A stretch of 64,000 nucleotides of DNA from positions 54,035-118,034 of the forward strand of contig CALBFA010000101.1 in assembly GCA_937888365.1 (NCBI GenBank). Reading direction: 5' to 3'. Under the pieces are notes generated by a model. The model was not told where the DNA came from and did not search any database. It saw nothing but the letters and a program-made list of their open reading frames with translations. This DNA is from an uncultured Fidelibacterota bacterium (lineage in GTDB: Bacteria; Fidelibacterota; UBA8477; JABMPR01). Each line of letters begins with the position of its first letter. Positions within the stretch are counted from its first letter, which is position 1. A program made the position numbers and the translations under genes. Below, piece after piece: positions 29,626 to 40,403 of this stretch.

Positions 29626-32184
29626 TTAGGGCAGTGTACGAACTAGTTGAATTGAGACTTGGTCACTTGTTGCACCCTGAGGATCTAATAATCTACAAAA
29701 AACCATGGATGTGAAAGGCGTATAAGAAATGATATTACCATCAGCATCTTCAACGGGTTCGCATAAACCCTGATCAAATACACCTATAATTTGAGCGATA
29801 CCATTGTTGTCTGTATATACGATGGGTGCTCCTGTTCCATCAGGATCAAGAGGGTAACCGTCTGCTTCGGACCAAGATTGAACACCGTCTGCAAAGAATA
29901 ATATCCGTCCATTTTTAATGGGATTATTATAAACATCCTGCAAAATTGCAGTAAGTGTCAATTCAAATGGATTGCCAGCTAAGAAATCATAATAAGTTGC
30001 TGAGGGAATAATACCCAGTACGCCAGGATAAAACGGTAAAAGCATGAGACCATCTTCTTCGGCATTTACAACATTGATAATCTCATTACCGTCGCCATCA
30101 AACACTTTTGAAATGACATGAACATTGTCAAATGTATTATCCGAATTCCAGTAAATAGTTGTCCATGCAATACCAGGATAAGAATCATCATTTAAATTGC
30201 CGTTTCCTGTGAAACTCGACCCAATAATATTTCCCACATTGGGTGGATCTAAATACCAATAGACTTGCGTTGAATCTTCAACAGGATTTGAGAATTCATC
30301 CCAAACACGAGCGCCTAATTCCATACGGTAAATTCCGCCACCGATGGGTTCTATTGTACTTTGATCCATATCAGGATAGATATAGGCGGGTGGACCTGCC
30401 GCAATCGTTACTGGAATGGCCGTCGAAGATATGGTTGTTCCGCCTACCGTTATTGATGCCGTAACGCGAACGTTTCCAGGTTGCGTTCCAGCGTTTAGTG
30501 TTGCAACAGCAATACCTTGATTGGTCGTTACGACAATACTGGCTCCACCACCTGTAATATTAGCTCCTGTTGGATAAACGGGTCCTAAGACAAACGTAAC
30601 GAGCGTTGGTTCCGTAACAATTTCACCATTTGCATCGCGAATTTCAGCACGAATTGTTGTCGATTGAAGTCCCCATCCACCCGCTACCACAATCGTATTT
30701 GGGTTCGATGGAAGCATTTGTACATAGGCAGCTTCGCTGAAAGCTTTCACTTGCACGGTAATTGAATCTGTAACGCCACCAATTGTTGCGCGAATCAATG
30801 AATAACCAGATGTATCATTTGCTGTGAAGTTGGCCGTTGCAACTCCAATAGTATTTGTCATGGCTTGTTGAGAAATCACACCAAAGGTAGCAGAAAAGTT
30901 GACCAGATGGCCTTGTTCTACCGTAAAACCATTTGAATCTGTAACAGTGGCACTAATCAATGCTTCAACACTTCCACTTTCCAAATCAGGAATAACGGAA
31001 TAATTCGTCGTCAATTCTATATTATCAGGAGGCGCATTTCCAATGATTGGGTTTTCGGCTAAAATTATAATTGAATGTTGTTTTGTCATGGAACCGTAAA
31101 AAGGATGTTCCACGCGTGCGGTAATAATTGCGATAGTATCTCTATCAATTTGTGAACCTAAGTCAGAAAATATGCTTGACGCGATACCAGATCCATTTGT
31201 AAAAATTCCTGATTGGATGGTACCTAAATTAGCCGAATAAAAAACCTTCATTGTATCAACTGCTTCACCGTTTTCATCACTTAAACGTACCGAAATTTGT
31301 GCTGTCGAAACGCCATTATCTGCATAGATACGATTCGTATTACTAAAAATATTCATTGTCCATGTAAAAGGAGGTAGGAAATTTATCGTCACCGTATCTT
31401 TAAACGCAATTGCCGATACTTTTCCCAGTTGATTAAACGTATAGACCCCAGGATTATTGTGCATTAAGGTAATTATATTAGAGGTTTCGATATAGGCTTC
31501 TACGATAACTTGCCCAAATTCGCCCATATCTGTTGAAAAGACAGATTGACTCACGCCTGCGCCATTGGTCGAATCAACGGACACATTCAAATAACCGTGC
31601 TCAGATCCACTCAATACGCGATAATTAACTCGAACATTTTCAACTGCAACACCGTTGTCATCGCGAACCGTCGATAAAATTTTGCAGCTATAAATACTGT
31701 CGATAGCTGTCATCCTAATGGAAGGGATATGTGGGTTTGTTGATGTATTAAACGCTCCGACCAAATCTTCTAACGGTAAGACATCAATATAAACTGTATC
31801 ACGAACGGTTACTTGTTGAGCATCCGTATAACGAGCCGTTATGCGAATATTTTCTCCCGCGATTCCGTCGTCATCAAAAACTGCATTTGCTCGACCCGCT
31901 GATGTCGTCGTAATATTTGATGCCATTGTCCCTTGTGTCGCAGAAAATACAACCGTCACGCCTGAAATAGGTTCACCTTGATCATTTGTAAGCCGAGCAC
32001 TAAGAGTTGCTACTGTTTTACCGTTATCGGCGTAAATAATTGTATCATTTGCAGTGAGTACCAATTTATAGATACTATTTCCTGAATTATTGGGCGTTCG
32101 TGTATCACAGGCATTCATCATCAGCATTAGAAACATGCTGAGAATTATTAAACCAATTCTTAAAAAATATTTTGTTGTTTTCAT
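29626..32184 (-). CDS. Putative lipoprotein with multiple bacterial Ig-like (Big) repeat domains, embedded in the pilus operon
   Basis: Start assigned to the internal Met at 32184, which has a GGAG Shine-Dalgarno site 7 nt upstream and lies 22 nt after the pilQ stop. The ORF track extends it to 32250. Signal peptide with a lipobox-like LMMNAC. Repeated Ig-like segments follow. Confidence 0.5.
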   Translation of the reverse strand: MKTTKYFLRIGLIILSMFLMLMMNACDTRTPNNSGNSIYKLVLTANDTIIYADNGKTVATLSARLTNDQGEPISGVTVVFSATQGTMASNITTTSAGRANAVFDDDGIAGENIRITARYTDAQQVTVRDTVYIDVLPLEDLVGAFNTSTNPHIPSIRMTAIDSIYSCKILSTVRDDNGVAVENVRVNYRVLSGSEHGYLNVSVDSTNGAGVSQSVFSTDMGEFGQVIVEAYIETSNIITLMHNNPGVYTFNQLGKVSAIAFKDTVTINFLPPFTWTMNIFSNTNRIYADNGVSTAQISVRLSDENGEAVDTMKVFYSANLGTIQSGIFTNGSGIASSIFSDLGSQIDRDTIAIITARVEHPFYGSMTKQHSIIILAENPIIGNAPPDNIELTTNYSVIPDLESGSVEALISATVTDSNGFTVEQGHLVNFSATFGVISQQAMTNTIGVATANFTANDTSGYSLIRATIGGVTDSITVQVKAFSEAAYVQMLPSNPNTIVVAGGWGLQSTTIRAEIRDANGEIVTEPTLVTFVLGPVYPTGANITGGGASIVVTTNQGIAVATLNAGTQPGNVRVTASITVGGTTISSTAIPVTIAAGPPAYIYPDMDQSTIEPIGGGIYRMELGARVWDEFSNPVEDSTQVYWYLDPPNVGNIIGSSFTGNGNLNDDSYPGIAWTTIYWNSDNTFDNVHVISKVFDGDGNEIINVVNAEEDGLMLLPFYPGVLGIIPSATYYDFLAGNPFELTLTAILQDVYNNPIKNGRILFFADGVQSWSEADGYPLDPDGTGAPIVYTDNNGIAQIIGVFDQGLCEPVEDADGNIISYTPFTSMVFCRLLDPQGATSDQVSIQLVRTLP

Positions 32185-32206
32185 TTTATTCTCCAAAAAC
32201 TGATAT

Positions 32207-33661
32207 TTAGTTACCGGTTTTTTCGTCTGTTGTTTCATCGTCCGTATCATCGGACTCTGTTGCTATATAAGTATCCTCAAATTTTTCCATTCTGTCTGTT
32301 CGCTCAATACCAGAATATGCATCACGAATAATATGTGGCGTAATTTCAATAATTAAATCCGTTTTTGAATCGCTAAATGATTGATGCGTAAAAAATTTCC
32401 CGACATAAGGTAGATTCCCAAAGAATGGGAGTTTATTTTCAACACTTTTACGATCGACACCCAGTAGCCCTGCAATGATGATAGACTCGCCATCTCGAAC
32501 ACGAACCGTCGTCTCTGACAGACGTTTTTTTACCCATGGGATATTACGTTCTGGCCCAATAAAATCGTAGATAGAACTAACTTCAGGAATGACTCTTGTC
32601 GTAATATATCCATCCGTATTGACGGTGGGCAAAATGCTTAATTTTATGCCGACTTCCTCGCGTTGAACCTGAACCTGACCGCCAATGCCTCCACTTGAGA
32701 GAATGTAAGGAACGATATCGACCATTGCGATTGATGCAGCTTTACCGTTAATCGTTACGACCTGACTATTCGCTAAAATGTTAGCTTCATTCTTTTTCTG
32801 AAGCAAATCTAAGGTTAAATCAAAAGCGGAAAGTTGACGACTAAAACCTATTTGACCCGTTCCTATTCTTTGGAAGTACATATTTTGTGGAAGCAGTCCA
32901 TTGGGGAGTGGTGAATATTGCTCAATTAGAGAGCCATCACTTTGCATTTGTTGACTCATACCAGGAACAAAACTTCCACCTATTGTGATGTTTGGAGCGG
33001 CATTTTCAGCAATAATTGTGGTGATCTGCGCCAAACGAGCCCAGTCAATACCATACGATTCTTCTCCCGCCATCGTCACTTCAATTAATCGTGCTTCAAG
33101 CTTTATTTGGAGGACTGGGACATCAATCGCTTTTATAACCTCAAGAACTTCAGCAATCTTCTTGGGACTTGTATTGATGAGTAATTTGTTCCCACCGTGA
33201 TGAACTTCAACCTGCTCTGTAATATTAACGAGCAATTCTTTTACTTCTGTGGCATTTGCATACTGTAAAGGTACGACATATGATTTTATACCAATTTCTT
33301 CTTTAAGTTTGGCTGTTTCAGCCACTAAAAAGGAATTACCAACAATTTCATAACTGAGTCCCGCGGCTCTCACCACGAGGTTGACAGCTTGTTCAATTGG
33401 GACTTTGTTTAAATGTATCGAGATTCTATCCTTAATATTGACACCTGGCCCCGTTACAATATTGAAGCCACTTTCTTCAGCAAGGATAGCTAAAACGCTT
33501 GGTAAATGTGCATCTTCGGCACTAATTGAGACAAGACTCGATTTGAGTTTTTCCATATCAGGTTCAGACTCAGTCTCTTCTGCAAAGGCATAAGCCAGTG
33601 TTAACACAAATATAATGATTATTAGTTTGAACAGTTTTTTCATTTTATTCTTCTCCGGCAC
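32207..33661 (-). CDS. pilQ: Type IV pilus secretin PilQ
   Basis: C-terminal secretin domain with VRVRDGESIIIAGL and KLPFFGNLPYVGKFF. N-terminal signal peptide. Confidence 0.85.
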   Translation of the reverse strand: MPEKNKMKKLFKLIIIIFVLTLAYAFAEETESEPDMEKLKSSLVSISAEDAHLPSVLAILAEESGFNIVTGPGVNIKDRISIHLNKVPIEQAVNLVVRAAGLSYEIVGNSFLVAETAKLKEEIGIKSYVVPLQYANATEVKELLVNITEQVEVHHGGNKLLINTSPKKIAEVLEVIKAIDVPVLQIKLEARLIEVTMAGEESYGIDWARLAQITTIIAENAAPNITIGGSFVPGMSQQMQSDGSLIEQYSPLPNGLLPQNMYFQRIGTGQIGFSRQLSAFDLTLDLLQKKNEANILANSQVVTINGKAASIAMVDIVPYILSSGGIGGQVQVQREEVGIKLSILPTVNTDGYITTRVIPEVSSIYDFIGPERNIPWVKKRLSETTVRVRDGESIIIAGLLGVDRKSVENKLPFFGNLPYVGKFFTHQSFSDSKTDLIIEITPHIIRDAYSGIERTDRMEKFEDTYIATESDDTDDETTDEKTGN

Positions 33662-33671
33662 TTCTAATTAC

Positions 33672-34193
33672 TTAGTTCGTATAATTTTCGATTTTAGAGG
33701 GATCCATGGCAAGGCTTTGCACCGGATGAAATTTTTTCTTACCCTCTTTTATGGTCAAAATCCCATCTGGATTTATCATGATGATTTTGTAACCACCTAA
33801 TTTGTCGCCAACTTCGACTCTTCTATGCTCTTTATTGTACTGCACTAAAGCATAACTCTTTTCACCACTAATGATGGATGAAACGCGTATGGAGTTCGCC
33901 CACATAGTGCTTATCATATTTCCGTTTTCGTCTAACATCATCACAACTTTTGTTAATTTCATTGGATCATTTCGCAATGTCATGACATAGTCGTTTCGTT
34001 TTTTTAAACGCGTTTCGAGGGTCTCAATAACAGAAACGAGTTGTTCGTCTGTTCCAATAATTTTAGACTCTGTAAGCTCTTCATATTCAAGTCTCGTCTC
34101 ATGAACAGAGTTTAAAGTAAAACCCTCAACAATAGAGACAATCGTAGCAATCGTAATTGTCAAGTACCAGAAAAAGCGTGCTCTTCTATCCAT
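33672..34193 (-). CDS. PilP-like pilus assembly protein (assigned by position)
   Basis: 173 aa with an N-terminal TM. Lies between pilO and pilQ. Confidence 0.4.
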   Translation of the reverse strand: MDRRARFFWYLTITIATIVSIVEGFTLNSVHETRLEYEELTESKIIGTDEQLVSVIETLETRLKKRNDYVMTLRNDPMKLTKVVMMLDENGNMISTMWANSIRVSSIISGEKSYALVQYNKEHRRVEVGDKLGGYKIIMINPDGILTIKEGKKKFHPVQSLAMDPSKIENYTN

Positions 34194-34761
34194 TTGCGCC
34201 TCTTTTCAAGCTGGATTTTATAAGGGTCATCGTTGAAAGTCTCATGTCCACGGTTTGTTTTTCGAGAGCAGCTTCTGATTTTACAGATTTAAGTCGTTCA
34301 ATTCCGTTCTTCATCACGAACTCATTAATTTTAACAATACGAGGTAATTTTTCGAGTGCGACCATTAAGTCACCAAATTGTTTATATGTGCACCGAATCG
34401 TTAAATCATAAGGTGTTTCTTTGATATTGCCTTTTTTTATCCCAAAACGAGGACGTATGTTTTTAATATCAATTTCAAGTCTCTCCGTTGTTTCCGTAAG
34501 CCAATTGAGAAAAGGCATGGATGCATCATCGGCTAAGGAATCAGTCGCTGAAAGCGCGAGGTTTTGCTCAAAAAGGAAATAAACATTTTCGAGTTTAGAG
34601 TCGAGAATCTGTGCTGTAATGAGTTTCTCATTTAGTTTTTCAATTTCTTTATCAAGAAAACGAATATCTGATGGCTTTTCGGAAAAGCTGTAGGTATAAA
34701 CGCCATAAAAGCCTGCGGAGAGTAATAAAACTACAATCGCTAATAATTGGAGACGTCTCAT
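34186..34761 (-). CDS. pilO: Type IV pilus assembly protein PilO-like
   Basis: N-terminal TM then a coiled-coil periplasmic domain. Position after pilN. Confidence 0.55.
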   Translation of the reverse strand: MRRLQLLAIVVLLLSAGFYGVYTYSFSEKPSDIRFLDKEIEKLNEKLITAQILDSKLENVYFLFEQNLALSATDSLADDASMPFLNWLTETTERLEIDIKNIRPRFGIKKGNIKETPYDLTIRCTYKQFGDLMVALEKLPRIVKINEFVMKNGIERLKSVKSEAALEKQTVDMRLSTMTLIKSSLKRGANG

Positions 34762-35363
34762 GATTTTTTCCTTAGAGGTGGTACAATAAATTTCAGTTTT
34801 TTTAATTCTCCCCGTATTTCAAAAGAAATCAAATCTTGTTCTAAAACTGTCATTTGCATGGATTGATTAAAAATAATTTTATCGAAGTCCTTCATAAATT
34901 GAGCATCATTCTCAAGTCTAGCAATAAATTCATTAATAACATCGAATTCCCGCTCATCGTTGTAGATACGTGAGATGCCCGTCATAATTAAATAATTGTC
35001 TTTAAAAACAACATTCGTTAAGGCCATATCATGCGGCATAAGTCGACCAATATTTTCGAGCTTTTCAGCCCAAAGAACACGTTCCGATTCAAGTTTTGCA
35101 AGTGCGAATATATCATCTCGCGACAAATCTTTTCCGGATGCTTTTAATTTGTCAAGATCCGACGTCATTTTTTCAATTTGAGATTCTTTTTGAGCAACCA
35201 AATCTGCCATTTTCTGATCTTCTTGATACATAAAAAGCAATGTTATAATTAAGACAAGAGATGTAACAGCAAAGACTGCCCAACGACCTCTTTCTCGTAT
35301 GGTTTCTAATCGAGCCGCTTTGCCAGCAGCCTGATTTAAGTTAATTTTAATGGCGTTTATCAT
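34758..35363 (-). CDS. pilN: Type IV pilus assembly protein PilN-like
   Basis: Short cytoplasmic N-terminus, one TM, then a coiled coil. Position after pilM. Confidence 0.55.
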   Translation of the reverse strand: MINAIKINLNQAAGKAARLETIRERGRWAVFAVTSLVLIITLLFMYQEDQKMADLVAQKESQIEKMTSDLDKLKASGKDLSRDDIFALAKLESERVLWAEKLENIGRLMPHDMALTNVVFKDNYLIMTGISRIYNDEREFDVINEFIARLENDAQFMKDFDKIIFNQSMQMTVLEQDLISFEIRGELKKLKFIVPPLRKKS

Positions 35364-35396
35364 ACTAATTCCAATCCTATTCCGTTCATTCTAAAA

Positions 35397-36458
35397 CTAT
35401 TCCAATTCGCCACGAATTGCCAAACCAACAGCAATGGCATATTTTGATGCATCTTCCATAACATCTTTCATGTCATGATGAAGCTGAGCAATAGGATTAT
35501 ATATTTCTGTATGGATATTTAACTTCTCAGTAATAAACTCAACGAGACCATTTGTTCGAGCGCCTCCACCTGTTAGAAATAACTTATGAAAATTACTCTC
35601 GCTGCTTTCTTTAATATAAAAACGTAGGGAACGACGAATTTCATCAACAAGCGAATCATAAATAGTATGTTCAGCTACAGCGATAGAAAAACTACCTTCA
35701 GCACCACTCGCAACTCCTGCTTGACTCACGTTGAATTCAGAGGATTTTTTTAAATTCTCAGCTTCGTTGTACGAAATATTTCGTTTGTCCACGAGTTCTT
35801 TTGTCATGTGATGTCCACCAATTTGGATATCACGCGTAAAAAATGGTGCGACTCTTCCCCACACAACAAGTGTTGACGTCGTTGAACCAATATTCAAAAA
35901 CACATGAGCCCCGTCTTCAGGCAATCCATGTTCCACAAGATACGAATTTGCAATAGCGACAGCGTCTGCATCTACAATTCCTTGAGGGAAGCCCATCTGT
36001 TTTACATTTTCTAGATGTCGATTAAGATTTTTCTGCGTTGAAGCAACGAGTAAAATATTAACCATTTCAGGATTTTGTGGATCTTCACCTAAAATCTGGA
36101 AATCAATCGTTACATCAGAGCCATCCATCGGAATATGTTTTCGAGCTTCCAGCTGAAGAGATTCTTTCATTTCGTCTTCTTCTTCCGTATTCATGAGTTT
36201 TACCTGACGAACATTGCTGATCTGATTATTAAGATTCGTGACTAATTTCTTCAAGCTTTTGGGTTTAATTTTCATACGATCCACAAGTCTTAAAATAGCT
36301 GCACTGGATTGCTCAAATTTTATTTTCTCGGGGTCGTATTCTTTGTCAGGGCTAACGAGAGGTTCCGAACCATATCCAAGAAGAGCATAGCCCTTGGGTG
36401 TTTTTTGGATATGCACAATTTTAACTTCATAGCGCCCAATATCTAAGGCAACACTCAT
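35397..36458 (-). CDS. pilM: Type IV pilus assembly protein PilM (actin-like ATPase fold)
   Basis: PilM/FtsA-like fold with LDIG and GGG motifs. Confidence 0.75.
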   Translation of the reverse strand: MSVALDIGRYEVKIVHIQKTPKGYALLGYGSEPLVSPDKEYDPEKIKFEQSSAAILRLVDRMKIKPKSLKKLVTNLNNQISNVRQVKLMNTEEEDEMKESLQLEARKHIPMDGSDVTIDFQILGEDPQNPEMVNILLVASTQKNLNRHLENVKQMGFPQGIVDADAVAIANSYLVEHGLPEDGAHVFLNIGSTTSTLVVWGRVAPFFTRDIQIGGHHMTKELVDKRNISYNEAENLKKSSEFNVSQAGVASGAEGSFSIAVAEHTIYDSLVDEIRRSLRFYIKESSESNFHKLFLTGGGARTNGLVEFITEKLNIHTEIYNPIAQLHHDMKDVMEDASKYAIAVGLAIRGELE

Positions 36459-36461
36459 TCT

Positions 36462-38252
36462 TTAATTAACTCCATAACTTGCTAGTGTAAGGTTAACAGA
36501 TCCATCATTTGTACGCATTTCCGGCCAGCTTGGAGGTGGATAATCGCGTAAATTGTAATCATAATTATAATCTTTATCGTAACCGATTCCTGACATAATA
36601 TTGTAAGGGCCCGTTTGATTTCGTTTAACATAACCGCGTTTTGATTGAATAACGGAGCCATAAATGATAATATTACCTCGATAATCATTTGTGCCCGTAT
36701 TATTAAACGCCGAACCACCTCGTCCATCGCCTTTTATAAATTGACCGTCTAAAAAATAATAACCAGCTGTTGAATTTTGCCAATATTGAACCACAAAGGA
36801 TTCATCCATTGCAATCATGGCGGCATTAATTTTAATATTACTAGCAATGGCGCTATTTTTCTTACCATTTGGAAATGTATTGGCGATAATAATATTGGCC
36901 CCACTCAGTAATCCCATTCTATTTGTAGAACCTTCCGTTACAGCACCTGATGTCTGACTATCGGCGTAAACTAAATCGTCCGTCAACCAAATATTCGTAA
37001 ACAGCGTGTCAATCGTTGCGTTGTCAAAATGCATACGATAAAGTTGAGGTCCAGACGTCGCAATTGTAAAACGACCTCTTACGGTTCCGCTCACACGTAC
37101 TTGGCCGCCTTCTATCCAGATAACATCTTCATTTGAAAATATTTGTTGGTAAGTAACATAATCAAGAAAATTAGCTGGGGCTTGGTTATCGACATCAAAG
37201 AGGGGCCAATCCCTGTAGCTGTCGTATCCTCCAACGTTGGGACCGTAGGCATTGGGGTTATACATTTGGGCATATTTTAAAGGATAATCCTTTTTTAATG
37301 AATCTCTATCTGCTGCGTTAAAAATAAAAGCAGATGTATAGGGAGGCTGTACATATTTCCATTGTTTAACAACATAGTAATCATCAAAAAATTGAATGTC
37401 CGTCATCACAAGCTTGTCACGATCCGTGCTACCAGGCGCTAAAATAAATTGATTTGCCGTAAATGTATGGGTCGCATGGCTTTTGACGCGATCTTGTCCC
37501 ACAAAAGGGGGCCACTCAATTTCCGGCATTGAGTCCCGATGCGTAATCTCATTATCTCCTGATCCAAAAACACCACTCTCATTACAACCATTGTTATAAT
37601 TAAACACTTTTGCTGTTCCGACTTCGGCATTTTCGTCAAAGGTTGGGCAACCATTTCCTGCCCCAATTTGAATAACATCATTTGAAAATATTTTACCTTC
37701 CAAATCGTCCGTACCACCAAACTTTACAGTGGCTCCCAACCAAGGGCCACCGCCTGGCAACTCTCGATCCGAGAAATACATATATTCTTCAAAACCAACA
37801 GGTTGATAAGCGATTTGGGCTGTGTCAGTGACTTGAATGGGTTTCCCGTCAAAACCTGGATATGTTGCATATCCAATTGCGTTACCTATAAAATTAGTTC
37901 GGAGATTCGTTGCCGTCGTGTCAAAAAAATTCACTTTTAGAACACCACCGCTCATTTCTTTAATTTCACTCGAACCAAAGACAGTATCGACAAATGTTCC
38001 GCTGGCGATATAGCCATAGTTTTTGCCGAGGCCGTTTTCGGCATTATAGTGCGCTTGAATTTTAGCCAACCTGCTTAAATAATTAATACGCTCACCCATA
38101 ACGGTTCGGTAATATCCAAGAGTCAAAGCCATCACAATCGTTATGAAAATTACGGATGTTATTAAAACTGATCCCTTTGGATTTAAGAAATTATCAATCT
38201 TATTATTTTGCAGATTTGATTGATGGTTGAAAAGTTTAATTTTTATACTCAA
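36462..38252 (-). CDS. Large minor pilin / pseudopilin-like protein (GspK/PilX-type N-terminus without Glu5) with a ~550-aa C-terminal domain. Possible pilus tip adhesin.
   Basis: The N-terminus KGSVLITSVIFITIVMALTLGYY resembles a prepilin leader plus hydrophobic helix with no Glu at +5. Confidence 0.5.
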   Translation of the reverse strand: MSIKIKLFNHQSNLQNNKIDNFLNPKGSVLITSVIFITIVMALTLGYYRTVMGERINYLSRLAKIQAHYNAENGLGKNYGYIASGTFVDTVFGSSEIKEMSGGVLKVNFFDTTATNLRTNFIGNAIGYATYPGFDGKPIQVTDTAQIAYQPVGFEEYMYFSDRELPGGGPWLGATVKFGGTDDLEGKIFSNDVIQIGAGNGCPTFDENAEVGTAKVFNYNNGCNESGVFGSGDNEITHRDSMPEIEWPPFVGQDRVKSHATHTFTANQFILAPGSTDRDKLVMTDIQFFDDYYVVKQWKYVQPPYTSAFIFNAADRDSLKKDYPLKYAQMYNPNAYGPNVGGYDSYRDWPLFDVDNQAPANFLDYVTYQQIFSNEDVIWIEGGQVRVSGTVRGRFTIATSGPQLYRMHFDNATIDTLFTNIWLTDDLVYADSQTSGAVTEGSTNRMGLLSGANIIIANTFPNGKKNSAIASNIKINAAMIAMDESFVVQYWQNSTAGYYFLDGQFIKGDGRGGSAFNNTGTNDYRGNIIIYGSVIQSKRGYVKRNQTGPYNIMSGIGYDKDYNYDYNLRDYPPPSWPEMRTNDGSVNLTLASYGVN

Positions 38253-38854
38253 CTTCCATACTCCTTCCCAACAAAAAAACGATCTCTAATTTTTAGGATT
38301 TCAAAACCCTCTTCACCGTCAGGATATTTGGTAGAGACCTTAAGATTTAGCTCAATTAGCCACACGGATTTTCTGAATTTTTTATATAAACTTGCACTAA
38401 ATCCATGATCTTCGAGACCATCTAAATTTCTGCAAACGAATTTATCGATGGTTACTTTTCGTTGGTCACCGACTCTGTATGCACCACCATTTGGAAATTT
38501 AACATGTGGATCCATCGGTCGGTCTTCAATAAAAAATCCTTCATTTTCAAGTGCATAAATATTAATTAAACCGTTATTCTTTTGATTAACACTCAATCTA
38601 TCGTAACCATTCCAGTTATCAACGCTAACGTTTTCAGCAGAACGAACATATTCTTTAATTGTTTTGACGGAGTAATAACCATAATTACGTAGTTCATTCA
38701 TCACCCAATCATTTTGATACGATCCTGTACTGGCGATTACAGTAATTCCAAGACCGGTTAAAATAATGCCTGTAATGAGTGAAGCGATTGAAAGCTCAAT
38801 AAGCGTCAAACCCTTATTATCGTAGACAATCTTTTTTAATCGATTGATCATCAT
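38249..38854 (-). CDS. Type IV minor pilin (prepilin-type N-terminal cleavage/methylation domain)
   Basis: KG-LTLIELSIASLITGIILTGL: a G/L-T-L-I-E prepilin motif with Glu5. Confidence 0.7.
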   Translation of the reverse strand: MMINRLKKIVYDNKGLTLIELSIASLITGIILTGLGITVIASTGSYQNDWVMNELRNYGYYSVKTIKEYVRSAENVSVDNWNGYDRLSVNQKNNGLINIYALENEGFFIEDRPMDPHVKFPNGGAYRVGDQRKVTIDKFVCRNLDGLEDHGFSASLYKKFRKSVWLIELNLKVSTKYPDGEEGFEILKIRDRFFVGKEYGS

Positions 38855-39327
38855 TATTGCAAAGGAATAACGTTCGTCGATAAACGAATTTCATGTGGTT
38901 TTTCAGGATCGCAGAAAGGATCGACCCATTCGATCCAAACTTCTAAATTATAATATCCGAAATAGGCTGGATTATAGGACGAATATTTTTTTTGGGATTT
39001 ACTTCGATACAACGTTCCCTTTATCACATCGTCAACCAATTCATCGGCTGCAGTTTCTGAAAAGGGGGAATAGATTATTACTTCCTCACCTCTTCTATCG
39101 CCTGCTAGATCAGATGCCGAAATATGATTGTCGTGAAATCGACTGACCCATAATTCCATATATGAAGTGACTTCGTCAAGAGCTCTATGCTTTATAGCGA
39201 TGGCTTTTAGCTGGCCCCTCGCATAGACAACGCCATATCCTAACGAAACAGACGCTGCCGCCACAACAAGCACGGCAACCATTGCTTCAATGTATGTAAA
39301 ACCACTTCTATTTGATTTAATATTCAA
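38854..39327 (-). CDS. Type IV minor pilin (prepilin-type N-terminal domain)
   Basis: SG-FTYIEAMVAVLVVAAAS prepilin motif with Glu5. Confidence 0.7.
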   Translation of the reverse strand: MNIKSNRSGFTYIEAMVAVLVVAAASVSLGYGVVYARGQLKAIAIKHRALDEVTSYMELWVSRFHDNHISASDLAGDRRGEEVIIYSPFSETAADELVDDVIKGTLYRSKSQKKYSSYNPAYFGYYNLEVWIEWVDPFCDPEKPHEIRLSTNVIPLQ

Positions 39328-39329
39328 AT

Positions 39330-40388
39330 TTAAAGAATACCTTGCTCAAAGATTTTGGGGTTGTCTGCAACTTGTGCTGCTGTCGATCTGTCAATTTTAT
39401 TGCTTCCGACAAGTCGTTGCAAATCCTGATCAAGCGTTTGCATGCCATCAACACCACCCGATTGAATAACGGAAGGCAATTGATAGATTTTATCTTCGCG
39501 AATGAGATTTCGAATCGCAGAGTTCGCAATCATAATTTCACAAGCTGGAATGCGACTTTTTCCATCTTTTGAGGGCAAAAGCTTTTGGGCAATAACGGCC
39601 ACGATACTTTCTGAAAGCATGGTCCGTACTTGACCCTTTTGCTCTGAAGGGAAAATATCAATGATCCGGTCAATCGTTTTGGCGGCACTAGATGTATGAA
39701 GAGTCGCCATCACTAAATGGCCTGTTTCTGCGGCTGTAAGTGCAAGTTGCACGGTTTCTAAGTCTCGCATCTCACCCACAAGCATCACATCAGGGTCCTC
39801 TCTTAAGGCTGAACGTAAGGCCGTTGCAAAACTATCCGTAGAAATGCCCACTTCTCTTTGATTTATCAAACAATTTTTGCTATGATGCAAATACTCAACA
39901 GGGTCTTCGATTGTAATAATATGAACTCTTTTTTGCTCATTTATATGATCAACCATTGCTGCAAGGGTCGTTGATTTTCCGCTACCTGTTGGACCTGTCA
40001 ATAAAATCAGTCCCCTGTCTTTCAATGCGAGTCTTGCTAAGGCAGGCGGAACGCCCAATTCATCAAAACTTTTGATGTCAGAAGGAATGGTACGAAAAAC
40101 GCCTGCGATTCCCCGTAATTGACGAAAGAAATTTACACGAAAACGACCTCTGTCTTCTAATTCGACAGAAAAATCGACTTCTTTCTTTTCTTCAAAACGA
40201 TTTTTTTGGCTCTCATTCATGACATCATTCAAAATGGTGTCCATTTGGTCAGCCGATAGCAAGGGCAAATTCAAAGGCTTCATAATACCATGAATTCGCA
40301 CCATAGGAATAGCACCCACACTTAAGTGTAAATCAGATGCCTCACTATCTAAGGCATATCCAAGTAGTTCGAAAATCTTTAAGGACAT
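39330..40388 (-). CDS. pilT: Twitching motility / pilus retraction ATPase PilT
   Basis: 352 aa. Walker A GPTGSGKSTT and the PilT signature AIRNLIRE. Confidence 0.85.
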   Translation of the reverse strand: MSLKIFELLGYALDSEASDLHLSVGAIPMVRIHGIMKPLNLPLLSADQMDTILNDVMNESQKNRFEEKKEVDFSVELEDRGRFRVNFFRQLRGIAGVFRTIPSDIKSFDELGVPPALARLALKDRGLILLTGPTGSGKSTTLAAMVDHINEQKRVHIITIEDPVEYLHHSKNCLINQREVGISTDSFATALRSALREDPDVMLVGEMRDLETVQLALTAAETGHLVMATLHTSSAAKTIDRIIDIFPSEQKGQVRTMLSESIVAVIAQKLLPSKDGKSRIPACEIMIANSAIRNLIREDKIYQLPSVIQSGGVDGMQTLDQDLQRLVGSNKIDRSTAAQVADNPKIFEQGIL

Positions 40389-40403
40389 AATAATTGCGAC
40401 TAA

